DNA from: a virus
Length of the DNA: 64,000 bases
IMG/VR virus record: IMGVR_UViG_3300007169_000025
Span: 32,001 to 96,000 of that record
Reading direction: 5' to 3' (one strand)
Below, in pieces: positions 29,255-38,437 of the stretch (position 1 is its first letter; each line of letters opens with the position of its first letter). The translations under genes and the position numbers were made by a program. The notes under the pieces are model-generated. The model was not told the DNA's origin. It saw only the letters and a program-made list of their open reading frames with translations, and searched no databases.

Positions 29255-30013
29255 ATGGCAAATACTATCGGATACAGTAGCAGGGAAGACCTAATTAAGA
29301 GCTTGAAAAATCGCTTAGGCGATGGTATGGTTGATGTTGAGCTTGATCGCGAACATTACGATACTGCTATCGATATAGCTCTAGGCAAGTATAGACAACT
29401 AAGCAGCGGCTCAGTTGAAGAAAGCGTTATCTTTATTCAAACTCAGGGCGGCATAACAGAATATACTCTTCCCGATGAAGTTATTGAAGTGCGTCGACTG
29501 TATCGTAGAGGTATCGGTACAAACAGTGGCGGCGGCACAAACTTTGATCCTTTTGACGTAGCATTTAACAACATGTATATGCTACAAGCAGGTCAGATTG
29601 GTGGACTTGCTGTGTTTGATGCGTTTGCTCAGTACAAAGAAACAATTGGTCGTGTGTTTGGTAGCGAGTATAACTTCCTTTGGAATCGTAACACAAAGGT
29701 TCTAAAAATTCTTCGTAATGTTAATCACGAAGAAGAAGTTGCAATCGGTGTTTATAACTTTATTCCTGAAACTATTTTGCTCGGCGACATTTATGCTAGC
29801 CAGTGGTTAGCATCTTACTCTCTAGCACATTGTAAATTAATGTTAGGCGAGGCTCGCAGCAAGTATGCTAGCGGCTTACCGGGCGCCGGCGGTGCTATTC
29901 AGCTCAACGGTGCTGACCTCAAAGCAGAAGGCAAAGCAGAAATTGATGAGTTGTTGGTAGCTCTTCATAATATGGAAGAAGGTAATAGTCCTTTGGGCTT
30001 TATTATAGGTTAA
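29255..30013 (+). CDS. Neck protein (gp13-like)
   Basis: RLG..MVDVEL, LGEARSKY..LPG.GG..QLNG..LK.E and terminal PLGFIIG; GATAAATA 5 nt upstream. Confidence 0.85.
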   Translation: MANTIGYSSREDLIKSLKNRLGDGMVDVELDREHYDTAIDIALGKYRQLSSGSVEESVIFIQTQGGITEYTLPDEVIEVRRLYRRGIGTNSGGGTNFDPFDVAFNNMYMLQAGQIGGLAVFDAFAQYKETIGRVFGSEYNFLWNRNTKVLKILRNVNHEEEVAIGVYNFIPETILLGDIYASQWLASYSLAHCKLMLGEARSKYASGLPGAGGAIQLNGADLKAEGKAEIDELLVALHNMEEGNSPLGFIIG

Positions 30014-30015
30014 TA

Positions 30016-30669
30016 ATGATTATTGGATTAGTTGGTTTCATTGGCAGTGGTAAGGATACTGTTGCTAGTAGGTTTATTTCGTACGGCTGTGTTAAAGATA
30101 GTTTTGCAGCACCACTTAAAGATGCGTGTGCAGCTATTTTTGGCTGGCGCCGCGAGCTACTTGAAGGCGATACAGTAGAAAGCAGAGAGTTTCGGGAAAC
30201 ACCAGATATGTTCTGGGCTCGCAAACTAGGTATTGATAATTTTACTCCACGTCTTGCACTTCAACTAGTTGGCACAGACGTTCTTCGTAATCACTTTCAT
30301 CAAGACATTTGGCTATCAAGTTTAGAGTATAGATTTAGGATCAAAAATAACGACCAAAATGTTGTTATCAGCGATGCTAGATTTAGAAATGAACTTGAGC
30401 TTATTAAGAGCTTAAACGGAATCATCGTTTGGGTTCAACGCGGTGAATTGCCACAATGGTTTGATGACGCTGTTAAGGCTAACGAAGGCAATGCTATTGC
30501 TCGCAAAATAATGCAAACTCGTTGGCGCGATGTTCACGAAAGTGAATGGAATTGGGCAGGCTTTCCGGTTGATTATGTAATTAATAATAACGGTAGCATG
30601 GAAGATCTAGACAAACTTGTAAATGATCTTCAACGTAATTTGTTTAAGACTCACCTTAGCGTGATCTGA
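30016..30669 (+). CDS. Deoxynucleoside monophosphate kinase (T4 gp1-like)
   Basis: GFIGSGKDT P-loop, SFAAPLK, PRLALQ..GTD, ISDARFRNE and HESE. Confidence 0.9.
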   Translation: MIIGLVGFIGSGKDTVASRFISYGCVKDSFAAPLKDACAAIFGWRRELLEGDTVESREFRETPDMFWARKLGIDNFTPRLALQLVGTDVLRNHFHQDIWLSSLEYRFRIKNNDQNVVISDARFRNELELIKSLNGIIVWVQRGELPQWFDDAVKANEGNAIARKIMQTRWRDVHESEWNWAGFPVDYVINNNGSMEDLDKLVNDLQRNLFKTHLSVI

Positions 30670-30782
30670 GGCTATTTAGCTTTTTTTGTTATTTTTAAAT
30701 CTTGCTTCTCCTAATAATACCGGTTTAGGTGTGTTTTGCATAAATATATGCATCAAAACCAACCTTTTATGGGAGAACAAGA

Positions 30783-33572
30783 ATGGCAAGAACATTAGTA
30801 TCACCAGGCGTAAGTGTAAGCGTAACTGACGAAAGTTTCTACGCTCCAGCTGGTACTGGTACAGTTCCGCTAATAGTCATCGCAACAGCTCAAGACAAGA
30901 GCTCACCTGATGGCAGCGGAACAGCAGCATACACTACAGCCGCAGAAGCAGCTAACGTCAAGTTGATTACAAGTCAGCGTGACCTATTAACAAATTACGG
31001 CAACCCAATTTTCAAATCTTCGGGCGGCACAGCACTACATGGTCATGAATTAAACGAATATGGCCTACTAGCGGCATACAGTTTCCTAGGTATTGCAAAT
31101 CGTGCATATATCCTTCGCGCAGATATTGATCTAGATCAGTTAGCCGCAAGCTCAGTTGCACCATCAGGCGATCCAGCAGACGGCACTTATTGGTTAGACT
31201 CATCTTCAACAATTTGGGGTCTAAAGCGTTGGAGTGGTACTGCATGGGTACGCCAGACAGTTAAAATACCAGCAGTTGCAGATTTAGCAGCAGGTAACGT
31301 TCCTAAAACAGCATATGGTGTTAACGGTGATTATGCTGTAGTTTACTTTACAACAACAGGCGCAACTGCACCAACAATTAAATTCTATCATAAGATTGGC
31401 GGTCAGTGGTATCACATTGGTTCAACTGCATGGGACTCAGCATCAAGCGCCGATTTCCAAGAAGCTAGTTATTTAGATCTTCCAGGAACTCGCAGCGGCG
31501 GCGGCAGTTTGGTTGCCGGCGACCTAATGCTACAAAAAGAACCACAAAATAATGGTACAACATTAAGCGTTAAAGTATATGATTCAGCTTCCGGACAATT
31601 TACTGCTGAAGACGTTGTAATTAGAGACCTTTCATATCAGGCTCTAACCGCTTACAACATGAATCCACCTACAGGTGCTTTATGGGCAGATACCGTAACA
31701 GGTGAAGCAACATTAAGATTGAAGCGTTGGAACGGCGAAGGTACTGTTACCGCTACACCAACTTCAGCAGCCGCTGCTAATGCGGTTGTACTAGCTAACC
31801 ATGCTAACAAGATATCACTAGCATTTACATTTGGTGATGGTACACCAGTTAATGTTACATTTACAAGCGGTAACGTTAATGCTACAGTTGACGATATGGT
31901 TACTGATATCAATAATGCTATTAGCGGTGCTAATGCTACACTTTCAAGAACCAGTACTGCAATTGCAGCTAATGTTAGCGGTTTACTAACAATTACTAAT
32001 ACTAGCGGTTTTGATATCGTACTCAGCGCAGGTAACGTTGCAGGTTTTGATCCAACAGATCTAAACTTCCTCACCGACTTGCCATATTCAAACTGGGAAT
32101 CGTTAAGCTATGAAGTTAGTGCATCTGAATTAACAGGTGATACTGCTAACGGAACTTTATGGTACGACGACAATATTACTCCTGAAAACATCGACTTATT
32201 ATATAATAATGCCGGTACTTGGACAACATTTAATGTTGACATTCAGGTAACACCAACAGAACCAACTACACGATCAAACGGAGTATCTGCATTGACCGGT
32301 GATGAAGTTTGGATTGACAGTAGCGACTTAGAAAACTTCCCAAAGATTTATATTTGGGATGGCGGCGCCGATGAATGGGTCCTTGTTGACAACACTGATC
32401 AGGTAACTGATATGGGTGTAGTTTTTGCTGATTTCCGTGCAGATGCAAACAGTCCAATTGACGCAGATGCTCCATCAGCAGCTGAATATCCAAATCTAAT
32501 TTTAGGTTGGAATACTCGTGCTAGTGGCGGTAACGTCAAGCAGTGGGTAGTTGGCCATACACATGAAGGTGTATTGGTTGGCGACCGTTGGGTAAATTAC
32601 AGTGGCAATAAGAGCAACGGTGCTCCTCATATGCTACGCAAAGCACAACGTCGCGCAGTTGTAAAACAAATGCAGGCTGCTATTACTAGCAACACTGACA
32701 TTCGTAACGAAGTAAATCGTTTCAATCTAATTGCAGCACCTGGATATCCAGAGCTACTAGATGAAATGATTAGCTTGAATGTGGATCGTAAGGAAACAGC
32801 ATTTATTGTTGCTGATGCTCCTCTACGTTTAGCAGCAAGTTCAACAGCAACTCAAGCATGGGCAACTAACTCAAATAATGCAGAAGAAAATGGTGAAGAC
32901 GGTCTAGTAAGCAGCAATGCTTATGCGGCAGTATATTATCCACATGGCTTAACAACAAACCTAGACGGTACAAACGTTGTTGTTCCAGCAAGTCACATTG
33001 CACTACGCACACTTGCTTATAACGATAATGTTGCTTTCCCATGGTTCGCACCAGCTGGCTTCCAGCGCGGTATTGTAACTAATGCAACAGGCTTAGGTTA
33101 CATTAATTCTGCAACAGCAGAGTTTGTGAGCGTTGCACTAAGCGAAGGTCAAAGAGATAGCTTGTATATCAACAAGCTCAACCCAATCAGCAACTTCCCA
33201 GGAAGAGGTATTGCTGTGTTTGGTCAGAAGACTCTAAACCCAAGCGCAAGTGCATTGGATCGTATTAACGTAGCACGTCTAGTTGTTTACATTCGTGAAC
33301 GCTTAGACGATATCGTTAAGCCATTCTTGTTTGAACCAAACGATGAAGTTACACGTCAGAACGCTAAGGTTGTAGTTGACCGTTTCCTAGGTCAGCTAGT
33401 AACACAGCGTGGCTTGTTTGACTTCCTAACAGTTTGTGATACAACAAACAACACACCTGCAAGAATTGACCGCAATGAACTACACATTGATGTTGCCATT
33501 CAGCCAATTAAGGCAGTTGAGTTTATCTATATTCCAATTCGTATCCAGAACACACTTGGTACAACTGGTTAA
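30783..33572 (+). CDS. Tail sheath protein (gp18-like)
   Basis: LVSPGVSV, PWFAPAG..RG, GQKTL, ALDRINVARL, FEPND and EFIYIP motifs. Confidence 0.95.
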   Translation: MARTLVSPGVSVSVTDESFYAPAGTGTVPLIVIATAQDKSSPDGSGTAAYTTAAEAANVKLITSQRDLLTNYGNPIFKSSGGTALHGHELNEYGLLAAYSFLGIANRAYILRADIDLDQLAASSVAPSGDPADGTYWLDSSSTIWGLKRWSGTAWVRQTVKIPAVADLAAGNVPKTAYGVNGDYAVVYFTTTGATAPTIKFYHKIGGQWYHIGSTAWDSASSADFQEASYLDLPGTRSGGGSLVAGDLMLQKEPQNNGTTLSVKVYDSASGQFTAEDVVIRDLSYQALTAYNMNPPTGALWADTVTGEATLRLKRWNGEGTVTATPTSAAAANAVVLANHANKISLAFTFGDGTPVNVTFTSGNVNATVDDMVTDINNAISGANATLSRTSTAIAANVSGLLTITNTSGFDIVLSAGNVAGFDPTDLNFLTDLPYSNWESLSYEVSASELTGDTANGTLWYDDNITPENIDLLYNNAGTWTTFNVDIQVTPTEPTTRSNGVSALTGDEVWIDSSDLENFPKIYIWDGGADEWVLVDNTDQVTDMGVVFADFRADANSPIDADAPSAAEYPNLILGWNTRASGGNVKQWVVGHTHEGVLVGDRWVNYSGNKSNGAPHMLRKAQRRAVVKQMQAAITSNTDIRNEVNRFNLIAAPGYPELLDEMISLNVDRKETAFIVADAPLRLAASSTATQAWATNSNNAEENGEDGLVSSNAYAAVYYPHGLTTNLDGTNVVVPASHIALRTLAYNDNVAFPWFAPAGFQRGIVTNATGLGYINSATAEFVSVALSEGQRDSLYINKLNPISNFPGRGIAVFGQKTLNPSASALDRINVARLVVYIRERLDDIVKPFLFEPNDEVTRQNAKVVVDRFLGQLVTQRGLFDFLTVCDTTNNTPARIDRNELHIDVAIQPIKAVEFIYIPIRIQNTLGTTG

Positions 33573-33596
33573 TAGATTTCACAATAGTGAAACAGG

Positions 33597-33625
33597 AAAA
33601 GGGGCAGAAATGCCCCTTTTCTTTT
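33597..33625 (+). terminator. Rho-independent terminator
   Basis: aaaa-ggggca-gaaa-tgcccc-ttttctttt. Confidence 0.85.
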
Positions 33626-33726
33626 GGAATTAAAACAAGAGTTTATGATTTTTGAAATAATATGATAAATATCTACATACAAAACTTATTTAAGTTTTAA
33701 CTTTTTACAGTTCGTAGGAGAACAAG

Positions 33727-34365
33727 ATGGCAAATATCAACACATCGGAAACCAAGAGTAAGTTTGGTGTTCCAATTACCGGTACAAGTGGTTCAGGCAT
33801 TTTGATGCCTAAGCTAAAGTATCGTTTCCGTGTTAGCTTTTTAGGTGGTTTCGGTGGTGAAGCTGAATCAAGAGTTTTAACACAAAACGTTCAGAACGTT
33901 ACCCGTCCTAAGATTACATATGAAGAAGTAACACTTGATAGTTACAACTCAAAGGCATATGTACAAGGCAAGCACTCATGGGAACAGGTAACTGTTGTGC
34001 TACGTGATGATATCAGCAACAGCGTAACAAAGATGGTAGGTTCTCAAGTACAGCGTCAGGTAAATCACTTCCAGCAAACAACCGCTGCCGCAGGTTCAGA
34101 CTATAAGTTTGACATGCAGATTGAAGTGCTTGACGGTGTTAACGCTGGCGCAAGTGAAGTTTGGTTCTTAGAAGGTTGCTTCTTAACAAACGTTGACTAT
34201 AGCGATGCTGATTACAGCGCAAACGATCCTGTACAGATTACTCTACAGGTTCGCTTTGATAACGCAACACACTATCAGGGTGATAATGATGTTAACGGTC
34301 GTGTAACAGCAGGTAATCCATTCCCTGAAGCAGTAGCATTTAACGAACCTGGTACAGGCGTTTAA
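33727..34365 (+). CDS. Tail tube protein (gp19-like)
   Basis: Follows the sheath gene; PKLKYRFRV, GKHSWE, W.LEGCF and ITLQVRFDNA motifs. Confidence 0.88.
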   Translation: MANINTSETKSKFGVPITGTSGSGILMPKLKYRFRVSFLGGFGGEAESRVLTQNVQNVTRPKITYEEVTLDSYNSKAYVQGKHSWEQVTVVLRDDISNSVTKMVGSQVQRQVNHFQQTTAAAGSDYKFDMQIEVLDGVNAGASEVWFLEGCFLTNVDYSDADYSANDPVQITLQVRFDNATHYQGDNDVNGRVTAGNPFPEAVAFNEPGTGV

Positions 34366-34399
34366 TAGGTTAGAGGAAAAAGTATAGCGGAGTCTCGTC

Positions 34400-35803
34400 A
34401 TGGGTTTATTTGATAAACTAGGCATAGGATCAGGACGATCATTTTATGCCCGAGACTTCCGCAATGCCTATCACCTAAGACCTGATAATAATCCTCCTCG
34501 ACAAAAGTTTCAAGGCTATGTAAACTTTGTTCTTAATAGATCATTGTTTGCTAGCCTTTTTGGATCAGTTGATAATAATGTTTTTAGAACACAAATTAGT
34601 AGTTTAGTTCGCAAGGCATCTTTGCCAGACATTACATTTAAAACTGAAACTAAAAATTCATATAATCGTAAAAAAATAATTCAAACAGGCGTCGACTATT
34701 CTCCTGTCTCGCTTACTGTTATGGATACAGTGGGTAATGAGTGGCTATCATTGATAATGAAATATTATGCATACCACTTTATGAATGTCAGAAATAAGAC
34801 ATTAAGAAATGATAGAGACCCAGTAAAACCTGCAAGTACTAGCACACTAATATCTAACTCAGCATTTGGTGGCTTTGCCGGCGCAATGAAGCAAGCAACC
34901 GGCGAACCAAATTTTGATCAAGAAACTACATTTGACAGTAATGCCTATGGTTATAACGTTAACCAAGATCCAAACTTCTTTGAAAGAGTTGATTTTATAT
35001 TATACCATGCAAACAAAGGTGTTCAGTATAGTATTATAAATCCTACACTAAAGTCAATAAAAATGGGTGACATTGACTACTCATCTAGTGATATATTTGA
35101 ATATGAATTAGAATTTGATTATGAGAATTTTGTACCTTATAGTGTAACTAACTTTGTTTTAAACGATGCCGATGTGCAACGATTTGAGCAAGCGTATAAA
35201 TTTATTGGCCCAGCATTCGAAGAAGGCCGCAAACCAATTGCAATTGGAACCACTGCTTCACCGTCCAATAAAGACGGCAGCGTCAGTACATTAGACTTTT
35301 TAGGTATACCAAATGGCGCAGCAACAGGAACGGCACAACCTCGAGCAGGTCAGCCTAAACCAGTTCAACCGGCACAGGCCGGAAGCCCACCACCCGCAGG
35401 CCAGCAGCCACAATCTGCACCACAATCGCAACCTGCCGCTAAAGATGCAGCAGGCGCAGCAGGCAAAGATGCATCCGCAACAGCCGCCGCAACAGTACCT
35501 GGTCTCATTCAAGGCGAGAAGAAAGCCAAGTTGCCTGATGTATACGGTGATTCAGCTAAGTTTGCATCTGCAATAGGTAAAACTAAGAAAGCAAGTTTCT
35601 TAGAAAATCTAGTAGGCAATGCAGCAGGAGCAGCATTAGGCGCAGCAATAAGCGGCAAAAACATTAAAAATGCTGTAGTTGGGTCAGTGATAGGTACTGG
35701 TGTTAGTGCAATCTCAAATAATGCAAACAATAGATCTAGGCCGGCAGCAAATAGAGGACAAACACCTCCGCCCGCTACTGAAAAGCCTAATCAGACACCA
35801 TAA
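34400..35803 (+). CDS. Tube-fold baseplate/tail-tube initiator (gp54/gp48-like) with low-complexity C-terminus
   Basis: LVRKASLP..F..ET...YNRK..IQT..DY.PV..T..D tube-fold pattern; Pro/Ala/Gln-rich tail. Confidence 0.6.
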   Translation: MGLFDKLGIGSGRSFYARDFRNAYHLRPDNNPPRQKFQGYVNFVLNRSLFASLFGSVDNNVFRTQISSLVRKASLPDITFKTETKNSYNRKKIIQTGVDYSPVSLTVMDTVGNEWLSLIMKYYAYHFMNVRNKTLRNDRDPVKPASTSTLISNSAFGGFAGAMKQATGEPNFDQETTFDSNAYGYNVNQDPNFFERVDFILYHANKGVQYSIINPTLKSIKMGDIDYSSSDIFEYELEFDYENFVPYSVTNFVLNDADVQRFEQAYKFIGPAFEEGRKPIAIGTTASPSNKDGSVSTLDFLGIPNGAATGTAQPRAGQPKPVQPAQAGSPPPAGQQPQSAPQSQPAAKDAAGAAGKDASATAAATVPGLIQGEKKAKLPDVYGDSAKFASAIGKTKKASFLENLVGNAAGAALGAAISGKNIKNAVVGSVIGTGVSAISNNANNRSRPAANRGQTPPPATEKPNQTP

Positions 35804-35812
35804 GGATAGGAT

Positions 35813-36277
35813 ATGGCTATTACTAGTAGTTCACAAAATATTAATGGCTCATCCTCAATGTTTGAGACCTTTGGTAATGAAAACAAGCAAACTATATCTA
35901 GATCTACACTAGTTCAGTACTTGGAAAATTCTACTGTTAGTTTTCCTTTACCTGAAGCTAGTACAAGTATTCTAGCAACACTTCGTACTGATGAAAAAGA
36001 AGTAATTGACCCAATGTTGCTGGATCAAGTAATTCGTCATTTGATTATTGCAGGTTTTGAAGAAGCTAATGCTAAAGCTATGGCTGACATTTTAATGCAA
36101 ACTGCAAAGAAACAGGGTGTCAATCCTTTAACTTATTTTGAAATGAACGATTATACATTACAGTTAACAAACGATACATATAAAGTTCTTAATGCTCTGA
36201 TGCCACCAGGTAATAGAATTGGCCTCGTAGCGCCTAAGGTTAACAGTAACGTCAAGCAAGTATATACAGCGAAGTAA
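35813..36277 (+). CDS. Hypothetical protein (virion-assembly operon)
   Basis: 154-aa ORF with a Shine-Dalgarno, in operon context. Confidence 0.6.
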   Translation: MAITSSSQNINGSSSMFETFGNENKQTISRSTLVQYLENSTVSFPLPEASTSILATLRTDEKEVIDPMLLDQVIRHLIIAGFEEANAKAMADILMQTAKKQGVNPLTYFEMNDYTLQLTNDTYKVLNALMPPGNRIGLVAPKVNSNVKQVYTAK

Positions 36278-36278
36278 T

Positions 36279-36749
36279 ATGTCGGCATTCGCACAAGGTG
36301 TTTATACTGTGCAGAACCCTGCAAAATATGTAGGAAGTAAAGCACCTTATTTTCGTAGCAGTTGGGAATTAACATTCATGCGTATGTGTGACATGCATCC
36401 TAACATTGTAAAATGGGCAAACGAAAGTATAGCTATTCCTTATCGTAATCCGTTCACTGGAAAACATGCAAATTATATTCCAGACTTTATGATTCAATAT
36501 GTGGATAAAGATGGCCGGGAGCATGTTGAACTTATTGAAATCAAACCAGCATCACAGACCACATTAGAAGCAGCTAGAAGCAAGCAGCAACAGGCTCAAG
36601 CTACATTAAATGCTGCCAAATGGACCGCTGCACAAGAATGGTGCGCTAGAAAAGGCATACGATTTAAGGTTCTCAATGAAGATCAAATCTTTCAAACTAA
36701 AAAGAAAAGAAATCCTAGAAGCCGTATTGCTAAGAAGAAAAAGCAATAA
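36279..36749 (+). CDS. Head completion nuclease (gp4-like, TnsA-type)
   Basis: RSSWE, WANE..IPY, YIPDF, EIKP and NAAKW.AA motifs. Confidence 0.88.
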   Translation: MSAFAQGVYTVQNPAKYVGSKAPYFRSSWELTFMRMCDMHPNIVKWANESIAIPYRNPFTGKHANYIPDFMIQYVDKDGREHVELIEIKPASQTTLEAARSKQQQAQATLNAAKWTAAQEWCARKGIRFKVLNEDQIFQTKKKRNPRSRIAKKKKQ

Positions 36750-36757
36750 GTAGTGTT

Positions 36758-37228
36758 ATGACTAAAAAGCTAGAAGAAGAATTTAATTTGCCTTCATTGG
36801 ATGAAGCCCTCAGCGCCGCCCAACCATCTCAGACTGATAGCCCTATAGCAACTATACAAACAGTTGAAGATGCTATTACTATAAGTGAAAAAATTAATAT
36901 GGCATTGAGTGAAGTTCGTGGTATGGAAGCTCATGATAGCGAAATGGATGATATTGCTAGACAAGCTATAGATAGCTATACTCAGCTTATGGCACTAGGT
37001 ATGAATATGACTGATATGGCTGCTGGTCCCGTTTTCGCTAATGCTGCCAATATGCTTAAAATTGCGCTAGAAGCTAAAGACAGCAAAGTTACTCGTAAGC
37101 TCAAACAAGTTGATTTAATGCTTAAAAAAGCTAGATTAGATAAAGCTAACGGGGTATCACAGGAAGAAGCAGGCAGTCAATTTGACCGCAATGAATTACT
37201 TAAAATTATTAACCAAAAAGATAAATAA
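36758..37228 (+). CDS. Putative terminase small subunit (gp16-like)
   Basis: Helical 156-aa protein ending DRNELLKII, resembling T4-type small terminases; the large terminase is nearby. Confidence 0.5.
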   Translation: MTKKLEEEFNLPSLDEALSAAQPSQTDSPIATIQTVEDAITISEKINMALSEVRGMEAHDSEMDDIARQAIDSYTQLMALGMNMTDMAAGPVFANAANMLKIALEAKDSKVTRKLKQVDLMLKKARLDKANGVSQEEAGSQFDRNELLKIINQKDK

Positions 37229-37278
37229 TTGCATGGCTTGACATAATTAATCAAGCAATAAACTTTTAGGAGAAACAA

Positions 37279-37623
37279 ATGCCACAGGTAAAAGGTAATG
37301 GTAAGGGTGTTGCAGAATTTGCAACAGGTACACTAATCAGCAGACATAATCTTAAGCTAATCATGGTTGATACTGGTGCTAGCTTAACAGCTGAAGATGA
37401 TGCTACACGTGAAGCTGTAGAACGTGCTTTGCAGGTAATTCAACCTCTAGCATACTTCCTACCATCAAACACTAGCGGTCAGATTCACTGCATTGTTGAT
37501 GGTTCACAATTTGACGAAGTTGCACTAGAAACACAACTACAGGCTATTGGCACAGACAACGTTAACGGCTACGACTTCTCAAGCGCCGCTGTAACAGTAG
37601 GTACAAGTCTCGTAGTTTCTTAA
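37279..37623 (+). CDS. Small putative virion structural protein
   Basis: Has its own late promoter (37220), a strong Shine-Dalgarno and a terminator; N-terminus resembles the 63824 protein. Confidence 0.55.
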   Translation: MPQVKGNGKGVAEFATGTLISRHNLKLIMVDTGASLTAEDDATREAVERALQVIQPLAYFLPSNTSGQIHCIVDGSQFDEVALETQLQAIGTDNVNGYDFSSAAVTVGTSLVVS

Positions 37624-37675
37624 TAATTATAAGTAGGGCATTTGAATTGCCCGACGAGTAGAACAACGCAATATG

Positions 37676-37703
37676 AGGAAGGGGCCTAGGCCCCTTCCTT
37701 TTT
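37676..37703 (+). terminator. Rho-independent terminator
   Basis: aggaaggggc-ctag-gccccttcct-tttt. Confidence 0.8.
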
Positions 37704-37742
37704 GACTAAGATGATAAATAGTTGTAACAGGAGTTCATAACT

Positions 37743-38435
37743 ATGCAACTAAAAGAATTCATCGCCGAAAGCTTCAAAAAAGAATACGCATATAGAGTCA
37801 AGTTTGCTGCTAACTGCGGCGCAGAGCAAATGACTCAGCTTGAAAATGCACTACAAAAATATGGTCTTATCAGTGCCGCTGCTTGGAAGCGCAGACCAAT
37901 TGAAGAAAATCCAATGGAATTTGTTCGTGCTAAAGGTGTTAAGTTTGTATCAGAAGTGTGTGCAACAGACGTAGTTCTCAAGTATCCTGTTAATGAAAGA
38001 ATTTTAGAAGTATGGTTGGCAGTTAATCTTGGATTACCACACGAGCGTGTTCTTGTTTACGGTGTAAAAGAACCCCGTAGATTGGAAAGTGAAAATGCAG
38101 AAGAGCGTACTGAGTTTAACAAAGACAGAGACGCCAAACAAGAAGAAAGTGTTCTAGCTAATGAAGATCAAGAGCACTATGGTATGCAAAATCCAGACCT
38201 GTACAAAGACGGTCCTTTCTTTGGCGAAGAGTTCAACAAAAAGTTTTTAGACGAGCTAGCAAAGATCAAAGCTGAAAAGGGTGCAGATTATTTCCGTAAC
38301 TATCCAAGTAAGGACGAGTTAATGGGCGAGGATCTAAAGCCACTTTGGGACACAATGAACAATACCGCCAATATGGGTAAGGGTATTGAAAATAAAGAAG
38401 TTGATGTAATCAGCCAAAGCGCCAGAAGGAACTAA
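37743..38435 (+). CDS. Hypothetical late protein (possible head component)
   Basis: GATAAATA at 37713; N-terminus MQLKEFIAE resembles prohead-protease-cleaved leaders. Confidence 0.55.
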   Translation: MQLKEFIAESFKKEYAYRVKFAANCGAEQMTQLENALQKYGLISAAAWKRRPIEENPMEFVRAKGVKFVSEVCATDVVLKYPVNERILEVWLAVNLGLPHERVLVYGVKEPRRLESENAEERTEFNKDRDAKQEESVLANEDQEHYGMQNPDLYKDGPFFGEEFNKKFLDELAKIKAEKGADYFRNYPSKDELMGEDLKPLWDTMNNTANMGKGIENKEVDVISQSARRN

Positions 38436-38437
38436 AA

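Noticed and set aside
36279-36749. TnsA-like nuclease as a Tn7 or homing element
   Set aside because: Motifs and context fit the T4 gp4 head-completion protein; no transposon genes or ends were seen.
37624-37680. Possible tRNA/ncRNA in the intergenic gap (gggca..tgccc hairpin)
   Set aside because: Too short, with no cloverleaf, T-loop or CCA; only a 5-bp stem.
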